From a virus (lineage: Duplodnaviria > Caudoviricetes): 64,000 nucleotides of DNA. The translations under genes and the position numbers were made by a program. The notes under the pieces were generated by a model. The model saw only the letters and a list, made by a program, of their open reading frames with translations, was not told the origin of the DNA and did not search any database. Where the stretch lies: the IMG/VR virus record IMGVR_UViG_3300037067_006298, positions 12,667 through 76,666 of that record, one strand, 5' to 3'. Below are positions 57,243-64,000 of the stretch, piece by piece; the first letter of the stretch is position 1, and the number at the start of each line of letters is the position of its first letter.

Positions 57243-58352
57243 ATGAAAAAACTCGAAACAATTACGCCCGAACAAGAAGCGTTAATCCCCATTGTCAGGA
57301 AAGAATGGGAAGATTTGTTTTATAAAAGCGGGGGAATCATTGATAAACCACTCTTTGAAAAACAAATAGCATGGCTTTATAAAACTTGTCTGCAGAAAGA
57401 AGCTCCTTATATATGGTATTGCGAATCTCCATTAATGTGTCAATTAGTAATAAATATTCTCAATCTCAGGGACAATCTCGGGGACAATCTCAGGGACAAT
57501 CTCAGGGACAATCTCAGGGACAATCTCTGGGCCAATCTCGGGGCCAATCTCTGGGCCAATCTCGGGGACAATCTCGGGGACAATCTCGGGGCCAATCTCT
57601 GGGCCAATCTCGGGGACAATCTCGGGGACAATCTCAGGGACAATCTCAGGACCAATCTCGGGGCCAATCTCAAATTAGACTACAATCCTCCTTCTTTTTG
57701 GGGTAATATCTCAGATTATGGGTGGGTTGCATTTTATGATTATATTCAAAAACTTAATTATTTTGAATACGATTATGACGATTTTAATAATTTCAAAGCA
57801 TTATTAAGGTCAAAGGTTTATGATTTTATTGCCTTCCCTTCTGTTGTTTTTGTTTCTTCCTGCCCTTTTGAAGTACATCAAGAAACAAACAAAAGACTTC
57901 ATAATACTGAAGGTCCTGCAATAAGATTTAAAGATGGATATGACGTATATGCGATCCATGGGCGTATATTACCATCGTGGATATGGGAGAAGAAAGATAC
58001 AATAACAAAGGAAATGTTTATTGGTGAAAAAAACTCTGAGATAAGGGCTGCAATGTATTCGATACTTGGAGAAAAGAGGGTAATGGATATATTAGGAGTC
58101 ATTGAGATTGACAAAAAATTAGTTCAGCATCAAAATGACGAAATAGAAGTAATAAAACTTTTTAAGACAAAAGAACTTGTACAAATCACTGATAATTTGG
58201 CTAATTACTTGGCATGGGTTAAATTTACTTGCCCGTCTACCGGAACAGATTATCTTATTGCTTGTGAACCTCATTATACTGATGCAAAAGAGGCTGCTGC
58301 ATCATTAAGTATATTTAAAAAAGAAGAGTATTCATTTAATTTCAGAACTTAA
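57243..58352 (+). CDS. DUF6745-like protein with tetrapeptide repeats
   Basis: IWYCESPL N-block, NLxx repeats, RLHNTEGPAIRFKDGY...HGRILP, EKNSEIRAAM, CPSTG. Confidence 0.7.
   Translation: MKKLETITPEQEALIPIVRKEWEDLFYKSGGIIDKPLFEKQIAWLYKTCLQKEAPYIWYCESPLMCQLVINILNLRDNLGDNLRDNLRDNLRDNLWANLGANLWANLGDNLGDNLGANLWANLGDNLGDNLRDNLRTNLGANLKLDYNPPSFWGNISDYGWVAFYDYIQKLNYFEYDYDDFNNFKALLRSKVYDFIAFPSVVFVSSCPFEVHQETNKRLHNTEGPAIRFKDGYDVYAIHGRILPSWIWEKKDTITKEMFIGEKNSEIRAAMYSILGEKRVMDILGVIEIDKKLVQHQNDEIEVIKLFKTKELVQITDNLANYLAWVKFTCPSTGTDYLIACEPHYTDAKEAAASLSIFKKEEYSFNFRT
57461..57671 (+). repeat. 12-bp tandem repeat, 17 full units
   Basis: CAATCTC[A/G/T]GGG[A/C] consensus (one unit CAATCTCAGGAC), encoding NLRD/NLGD/NLWA/NLGA. 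Confidence 0.95.
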
Positions 58353-58364
58353 ATTTTAAAAATT

Positions 58365-58739
58365 ATGACAAAGAAAACAAACATCAAAGGGCATCATGGA
58401 GACGTTCAATTTTTAATGATTGAAAAACTCCCAGAAAATGCAAAGAAAATTGAGAACAGACCCCTTGCTTACGGAGAAACATCAGGCCACGTTCATGTTC
58501 TCACGGGACAAGTGGATATGTTCGAGATTGAGGGTAAAATGTATGCAGTTGTTGGTAATGATGGAGCAAGACTTCAGCACGTAATGGAGAATAATCTTAC
58601 TCCTGAGTGCATGACTGAAGTAAAAGAACTTCCTGTTGCTGACCATAAGAGCATCTTACTTCCTCCTGGCCCTTATGAATTTGGGATTCAAAAACAATAT
58701 AATCCCTTTGAGAAGGTGTTTGAACAGGTAAGAGATTAA
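58365..58739 (+). CDS. His-rich partner protein of DUF6745
   Basis: HHGDV...LAYGETSGHVH...LQH...DHKSILLPPGPY...QKQY. Confidence 0.65.
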   Translation: MTKKTNIKGHHGDVQFLMIEKLPENAKKIENRPLAYGETSGHVHVLTGQVDMFEIEGKMYAVVGNDGARLQHVMENNLTPECMTEVKELPVADHKSILLPPGPYEFGIQKQYNPFEKVFEQVRD

Positions 58740-58805
58740 AGGTTAACTGATGAGTTTTTACGAAACGAAACCGGTTTATTACCGGTCTTAACCAAAGAGT
58801 AAAAC

Positions 58806-59099
58806 ATGAAAGCAATACGTAAATTTCTATGGTTCCATTTCGAGTGGAGTTTTGCGCTCCTTAATCGGGAAGAAACAATCCTCCATTACCTCGCCTCTGA
58901 TTCTCGCTTTAAAGAGGACAAATTTCGTCCTTATGATTACTTCTATTCAATTTTTATAGGAGATAAATTTGAGGGATATATTGCTAAACTATGCAATGAA
59001 TGGGTTATTTGTATAGGGAAGGATGCAATTATTGGTGACTTGAAGGGCATTAAGTCAGTACGTGACATAAAGAGAATAATGAAAAAATACCCGAAATGA
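58806..59099 (+). CDS. Hypothetical protein
   Basis: 97 aa. Confidence 0.5.
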   Translation: MKAIRKFLWFHFEWSFALLNREETILHYLASDSRFKEDKFRPYDYFYSIFIGDKFEGYIAKLCNEWVICIGKDAIIGDLKGIKSVRDIKRIMKKYPK

Positions 59100-59446
59100 A
59101 AAAAGAAATCTATTTACAGACTCAGAGCATGATAAGTTCTGCCATATCCTCTATTAAACAAGTGGGATGGGTGTCGCTTAATATGGACAATATGAAAATA
59201 GTTGTCGATGCTTATAATGGCTTTCCTGCCCTCAATCAACCCCGGGAAGACTCTCTTATTACGATTGTAGATGACAAGATGGTGTATGAATGTACGCCAG
59301 AACAATTATTGACAATGATAGAGTTCTTTTGTGCCTACCACGTCAACGCAGACCAGATCGTGCATTATAAGAACCGTAACCATGCTATCCTGCCAGATCG
59401 CTTTAAAAACGCCTTAAAACTCAATAAAAAGGGCTTAGAACTTTGA
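59096..59446 (+). CDS. Hypothetical protein
   Basis: ATGA-coupled to the previous ORF. Confidence 0.55.
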   Translation: MKKEIYLQTQSMISSAISSIKQVGWVSLNMDNMKIVVDAYNGFPALNQPREDSLITIVDDKMVYECTPEQLLTMIEFFCAYHVNADQIVHYKNRNHAILPDRFKNALKLNKKGLEL

Positions 59447-59474
59447 TTTTTACAGAAATTGTATATTTGTAGCC

Positions 59475-59921
59475 ATGAATAAATATGAAGAACATGGGAG
59501 AAAAATGGAGGATGCTGCTTTAAAGAAATATCGCACATCCCTTAAAGTTATATATAATGACGATTGTGCCATTATTGACTTTCTCTCCGACCTGCAACAC
59601 CGGGCAGTCATTAAGCATCTTCAAGAAGCAATGATAAGAGTTCCTTATTCCGGCTGCGTTCTTCATAATTGTCCGGAAGATAGTATGGTGGTGGTTATTC
59701 TCTGGAACTCTCCTTTTGGATTTAATGATGGTGACAATAAACTCATCCTGTATGCAGATAATACTCTCTTGGGGCTAATCAGATACTTTAAAAAGCTATT
59801 AGACAACACCTCAAAAGATACCGGAGAAATATACGATGCTCTGGAAGACATCACACGCCTACTCTATTGGAGATGGGGCGAAGAAGAAGATAATGATACC
59901 CAGTTAAATTTCATGGGTTGA
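59475..59921 (+). CDS. Hypothetical protein
   Basis: 148 aa, followed by a terminator. Confidence 0.55.
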   Translation: MNKYEEHGRKMEDAALKKYRTSLKVIYNDDCAIIDFLSDLQHRAVIKHLQEAMIRVPYSGCVLHNCPEDSMVVVILWNSPFGFNDGDNKLILYADNTLLGLIRYFKKLLDNTSKDTGEIYDALEDITRLLYWRWGEEEDNDTQLNFMG

Positions 59922-59922
59922 T

Positions 59923-59966
59923 GATCGGGCGGGGTTTAATGTGTGTTTTCCCCGCTCGGTCTTTTT
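59923..59966 (+). terminator. Intrinsic terminator
   Basis: GATCGGGCGGG...CCCGCTCGGTC followed by TTTTTT. Confidence 0.7.
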
Positions 59967-59996
59967 TATAAAACACATCTCACAAAATTAAACACA

Positions 59997-60416
59997 ATGA
60001 AAAGTATGAAAATCTTAATACTCTTATCAATCCTGACCTTCCGTGCCTATGCTCCTGCGCATCAGGAGATATGTGTCGTGAAGTATGCGCCAATTCAGCC
60101 TTATGAGGCTATTTGGCAAGCAATCTGTCAGGCTGAAAGTAATGGCAATCCTTTTGCTATTGGAGATAAAAACTTACCAAGTCATTCTTATGGCATTGTA
60201 CAAATAAGGCAATCCAGACTCGATGACTTTTATAAGCAAACAGGTATCAGATATTCAGTTAACGATATGTTTGATACGGTGAAGTCAAAAAACGTATTCA
60301 TGTTCTATGCTTCAGGAGATAATGAAGCTATTGCACGTTGTTGGAATGGGGGACCAGACGGAATGAATAAAAGATCAACAAAATCGTACTATCTTAAAAT
60401 TAAACATTCTCTATGA
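59997..60416 (+). CDS. Lytic transglycosylase/lysozyme-like protein with N-terminal signal
   Basis: ICQAESNG (catalytic Glu), YGIVQI, ARCWNGGP. Confidence 0.75.
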   Translation: MKSMKILILLSILTFRAYAPAHQEICVVKYAPIQPYEAIWQAICQAESNGNPFAIGDKNLPSHSYGIVQIRQSRLDDFYKQTGIRYSVNDMFDTVKSKNVFMFYASGDNEAIARCWNGGPDGMNKRSTKSYYLKIKHSL

Positions 60417-60561
60417 AGAAATCACCTCACCCAAAGCCAATAACCGAAGATCCCGATCTATTTGACGGAGCAAAAGCAATTGGTTGCTTATTCTTGGGAG
60501 TAGCAATACTCGCATTGATCCTATATTTTGGTAATCTATTTATAACTAATTTACGATAACT

Positions 60562-60798
60562 ATGAAAAAACCAGATCAATTTTACATCAGGGCTTGTTTC
60601 CCTATGTTCATTATTTTCTGCATTGTATTAATAATGGGATATTCTAAACACAAATTCCCTCTGTTTCTAGAGATAATAACTTTAATCTTTTTAGTGTGTG
60701 TCGCTCCCACTATTTTGCGTTCTGCTAAAATATGGATAAAATCTATTCATATTTCTTTCAAATGGTATGATGATAATGATTTATATTTAAAGAAATGA
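60562..60798 (+). CDS. Small membrane protein
   Basis: Two hydrophobic segments. Confidence 0.45.
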   Translation: MKKPDQFYIRACFPMFIIFCIVLIMGYSKHKFPLFLEIITLIFLVCVAPTILRSAKIWIKSIHISFKWYDDNDLYLKK

Positions 60799-61079
60799 TA
60801 GACCATTGGAACGCACGCAAAAAGAAAGTCTCTCCATCTCCTTTAAAGGAAATGAAGAACGTAAAGATTGACTTCCGCACGACAATAATAGTCTCTGCTG
60901 ACATCCCGGATGATGTAGCAAGGGAAAGATACCTCGCACGTATAAACAAAGGGGTACGTGATCGCTATGTGCCTCTTGTAGAAGAAATGCCAAAGGAAAT
61001 AGTAAAAGAGATGCCTATGGGATCTCTTGAAGAAGTTGCTGCACTCATTGATGATTCAAATTTGCCAGAAACAGAATGA
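60795..61079 (+). CDS. Hypothetical protein
   Basis: Coupled ORF. Confidence 0.55.
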   Translation: MIDHWNARKKKVSPSPLKEMKNVKIDFRTTIIVSADIPDDVARERYLARINKGVRDRYVPLVEEMPKEIVKEMPMGSLEEVAALIDDSNLPETE

Positions 61080-61232
61080 TAAAAGACAAAAGATTATTCG
61101 CATTTCTAAAAGATAGGAAGATATTTACAGGAGGTCATAAGACTTTACGTGAATATATGGATGCAAAAGAAGTAAAAACAGAACACAATGATCGTGCTCG
61201 TAAAGGACACAAAAAAGCTAAGCATAAATAAA

Positions 61233-61263
61233 TTTGTTATTATATTTATTTGTTTTATCTTTG
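61233..61263 (+). promoter_or_regulatory. Bacteroidota-type promoter
   Basis: TTTG-N19-TATCTTTG. Confidence 0.7.
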
Positions 61264-61293
61264 AAGTCTTATAAGTAATTAAAAACGGCAATA

Positions 61294-61707
61294 TTGCCAC
61301 AAAACAACAAAATGAAAATGCGCATGAAAAAAATGCTTATCCTTGCTCTGATCGGACTATTTTATATAGGGATCAGTGCAATGGTGCCACCTCAGAAGGT
61401 GGTTGTTGATAACGATGTTGGCTATTCGTTAGTAGCGAATCAGAACACATCAGTAATAACAATTCCGTCCATCCAGAGTCCGGTAATTGCCGGTGAAGTG
61501 TCTTACCTAATAGTCAGAGGGGTCAGCGTACCTGATAAGGGACTGATTAGTTCTGATGCTATAATTTACAATGACCAGGAAAGTTTCACATGTAATAAGT
61601 ATTATTCAATTGAACGGATTGATTTAAAATTACCCACATTGATAGGTTTTAAATCCGAAATCGACAAATACCCCTTCGCCTCTAACCTTGGGCTTAGAAA
61701 GAGTTGA
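61294..61707 (+). CDS. Exported protein with signal peptide
   Basis: MKKMLILALIGLFYIGISA; has its own promoter and terminator. Confidence 0.6.
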   Translation: MPQNNKMKMRMKKMLILALIGLFYIGISAMVPPQKVVVDNDVGYSLVANQNTSVITIPSIQSPVIAGEVSYLIVRGVSVPDKGLISSDAIIYNDQESFTCNKYYSIERIDLKLPTLIGFKSEIDKYPFASNLGLRKS

Positions 61708-61730
61708 GCGAATACGTATTTAAAATACAA

Positions 61731-61764
61731 AAGGGCATCACATTAAATGGTGCCCTTCTTTTTT
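61731..61764 (+). terminator. Intrinsic terminator
   Basis: AAGGGCATC...GGTGCCCTT followed by CTTTTTT. Confidence 0.7.
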
Positions 61765-61821
61765 GTAGCAAGTGAGACTATTTGCCTCGTCCCTTACCCT
61801 TCCCTTTACATCTCCTGAAAT

Positions 61822-61847
61822 AAAAAAGCCCTGTATCTCACAAGGCT
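61822..61847 (-). terminator. Intrinsic terminator of the convergent block
   Basis: AGCCTTGT-GAGAT-ACAGGGCT followed by TTTTT on the minus strand. Confidence 0.65.
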
Positions 61848-61862
61848 CATTTTCTTTATTGT

Positions 61863-63062
61863 TTATTTCATTTTAGATCGCATCCACTTGACAAATTTTA
61901 ATATTTGAGGGAAAGTAAAAAAAGATATTTTATTTGTCCCTTCATAAATAAAACTTGAATTTTTATTGAAATATTTTTCTATTTCTTCATCTGTTATGTC
62001 CTTTACGGGCTGATCTTTCATGTATTTCATTGCTCGCATCCATCCTATATTAATGTCTGTCTGATGTTTAGAGATAGGGTCTGGATAAGGTAGGTTTGTT
62101 ATATCCTTTACAGTAGCAGCGTGAAATTGATCGTGATAACGTTTACAAACCTCTGTTATCATTTCTCCTGAAATATCAAAGCATTTATTAAATTCCTTGA
62201 CAGTCTTACAGCCATATACCTCGAGTAGTATTTCTTCCGCCGATTTCAAGGACTGTTCCTTGTCTTTCATTGATTGCTTAATATTTTCTAATGTCTCATC
62301 AAAGCATTTTTTGTTATGCCTGTCTATCACGTCGAATCCGATAACTTCTTCTTTTTTGCATTTGAATGATTCCCTTGCATTAGTGATGTATTGAGGCTCC
62401 TTCCCTATTTGGGTTGATTGTGGGTTTAATTTATCTCTAATTGATTTCAATGATTGTTCTTCTTCATACTTCCCGCAACAAGTATCAGGCATTACGGATG
62501 GATTAGTGGTTGTAGTAAATGTCTGTATGTCTTCAATTTTTTCACCAGATAATTTAATATAATTCATAAGCATTGAGTAGCAATTTTTATAGAGTTGAAG
62601 TATTTCTTCTTTTGGAAGTTTCAGCCATTCCTCATCTGTTAAGTCTCGTATCTGAATTAAATTAACACTTATTCCTTCCTTCTTAATCTGTTCTTTCAAC
62701 TGAGAAACATATTTTTCCATAGCACGTTCAGCATCTTTTATGGTTATATAATGCAATCCATCATCAGTTCTGCGTTCATAGCCTTTTAAAATAGATGCTT
62801 TTATTTTCGATTTTATAAGTTCATCTGTTTTTGTCATGGGATTGAATTTTTGGATTGGATTAAATAAATTACAAACACCCAAATTACTAACCTCATCTAC
62901 CCTCCATTGATCATCATGCAAATAAACACATGTCAAATCATCTTCTATGCATGTTTGTCTTGAAAATGAACATAATTGACAACATTTTATTACCTGTTCT
63001 TGATATCCATTTTTAATTTTAATTTTTTCTGCAATTTTTTTCGCCTTTTCGAGTGTTTTCAT
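61863..63062 (-). CDS. Mosaic hypothetical protein
   Basis: Cys-rich N-terminal module; repeated EQSLKS and VKDIT junction peptides. Confidence 0.55.
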   Translation of the reverse strand: MKTLEKAKKIAEKIKIKNGYQEQVIKCCQLCSFSRQTCIEDDLTCVYLHDDQWRVDEVSNLGVCNLFNPIQKFNPMTKTDELIKSKIKASILKGYERRTDDGLHYITIKDAERAMEKYVSQLKEQIKKEGISVNLIQIRDLTDEEWLKLPKEEILQLYKNCYSMLMNYIKLSGEKIEDIQTFTTTTNPSVMPDTCCGKYEEEQSLKSIRDKLNPQSTQIGKEPQYITNARESFKCKKEEVIGFDVIDRHNKKCFDETLENIKQSMKDKEQSLKSAEEILLEVYGCKTVKEFNKCFDISGEMITEVCKRYHDQFHAATVKDITNLPYPDPISKHQTDINIGWMRAMKYMKDQPVKDITDEEIEKYFNKNSSFIYEGTNKISFFTFPQILKFVKWMRSKMK

Positions 63063-63124
63063 CGTTATTTAATTTTTAGTTCAAATTCTTATTAAATTAA
63101 TTATTTACTTGGCAGTGAATAACT

Positions 63125-63484
63125 TTAAAGTGTTGGTTTTCCTTTTGAGGGTTCTTTTATGCGTTTATATAATTCATCGCATATCTTTTTTGAGTCTTTA
63201 AGACTGCCTCCAAATGTCTCAAAATGAAGTTTAATAGCCGCTAATCTTAGTCCCTTTTCAAGGAGTATATTGATTGCAGAATAGTTTAGTTCGTTTATGG
63301 GAAGGACAACTTCGCTATCTTCTTCCTTTTCTAACTCGGATAACTCAGATTGTTTTTCTTCGATGTGTTTCATAAAATTACTTATACGCTCTGATTCGCC
63401 GGAATATCTTCTAAAGTAAGAAATAGTTATCCCCATTACATCAATCAATTCCTTTTGCTTTTCGTATGCTAATTTGTAGTTCAT
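63125..63484 (-). CDS. Hypothetical protein with L7/L12-CTD-like C-terminus
   Basis: LAAIKLHFETFGGSLKDSKKICD. Confidence 0.5.
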   Translation of the reverse strand: MNYKLAYEKQKELIDVMGITISYFRRYSGESERISNFMKHIEEKQSELSELEKEEDSEVVLPINELNYSAINILLEKGLRLAAIKLHFETFGGSLKDSKKICDELYKRIKEPSKGKPTL

Positions 63485-63485
63485 C

Positions 63486-63725
63486 TTATTTGTTTTTTAC
63501 GTTATCCCACCAGTACTGGAAAAGATCACTAAGAGTTGTAAATTCAACATCCTCGTATATAGTTCTCCATTTTAAGATTTCTTTATATACAGAATATTTG
63601 CCATCAAATTTTTCGGTATTTTCTTCTTTCCACTCTATAAACTCAAATACCATAGAGGTTATTTTATGAGCGTGAATCACGTTATAACTTCCGCTTTCGA
63701 TTATTTTCAAAACTTGCTGTTCCAT
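63486..63725 (-). CDS. Hypothetical protein
   Basis: Preceded by the conserved ATTAAATAACTACAC leader. Confidence 0.55.
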   Translation of the reverse strand: MEQQVLKIIESGSYNVIHAHKITSMVFEFIEWKEENTEKFDGKYSVYKEILKWRTIYEDVEFTTLSDLFQYWWDNVKNK

Positions 63726-63736
63726 AGTGTAGTTAT

Positions 63737-63982
63737 TTAATCAATTTCCCCTTCGTTTGTAACTTCAACTTTAGTATTATAGATATTGCAAACATTGCCT
63801 TCTATTAATGTTTCATAATAGTCAAATTCAGCATCAGCATTTATTTCTGTCAATTTTTCTGAATTAAAAGATATTCCAGAAGCTTTTTTATAAAACTCTT
63901 TAATTGCTTCTTCTTTATTTTCTGCCTGAACTGATATTGTTACTGTTCCGGCAAATGGCATTTGTACTGTATAATTTCTCAT
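63737..63982 (-). CDS. Hypothetical protein
   Basis: Preceded by the same leader motif. Confidence 0.55.
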   Translation of the reverse strand: MRNYTVQMPFAGTVTISVQAENKEEAIKEFYKKASGISFNSEKLTEINADAEFDYYETLIEGNVCNIYNTKVEVTNEGEID

Positions 63983-64000
63983 TGTGTAGTTATTTAATTA

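Noticed and set aside
57461-57671. CRISPR array
   Set aside because: Contiguous 12-bp units without spacers, in frame within a CDS.
1-64000. Stop-codon reassignment as in some crAss-like phages
   Set aside because: Genes are full length and tightly packed under the standard code; the muzzle breaks are TAA stops with new starts.

Overview
A 64-kb segment of a tailed dsDNA phage, most likely infecting Bacteroidota: several TTTG-N19/20-TAnnTTTG host-type promoters are present and genes are tightly coupled. The virion module resembles crAss-like/phi14:2-like podoviruses. From 1 to about 53.6 kb nearly all genes are on the minus strand. Reading left to right: the N-terminus of a primase(-helicase) running off the window edge; a lysis cassette; three putative ejected cargo proteins (one of 2497 aa); a tail muzzle/nozzle gene apparently split into three ORFs that carry adhesion-type extensions; ring proteins; a DUF2341/glycosidase-like spike; major capsid; portal; large terminase. 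Next comes a cluster of about 10 kb with FabH, FabG, MaoC, FkbH, ACP, a DegT aminotransferase, a NeuD/PglD-like acyltransferase, several glycosyltransferases, a PAPS-reductase-like protein and methyltransferases, embedded in the packaging operon. It is followed by a lambdoid-type replication initiator with an internal iteron array and a G39P-like loader, and small accessory genes. Near 54 kb there is a 28-bp dif-like XerCD site with adjacent palindromes, and a promoter-terminator-bounded RNA of about 105 nt that is complementary (19/22 nt) to the structured leader of the late operon. From 55.7 to 61.7 kb is a plus-strand early region. No tRNA, CRISPR array, integrase, reverse transcriptase or RNA polymerase motif was seen. 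All family assignments come from motif recognition by eye, not from database searches.
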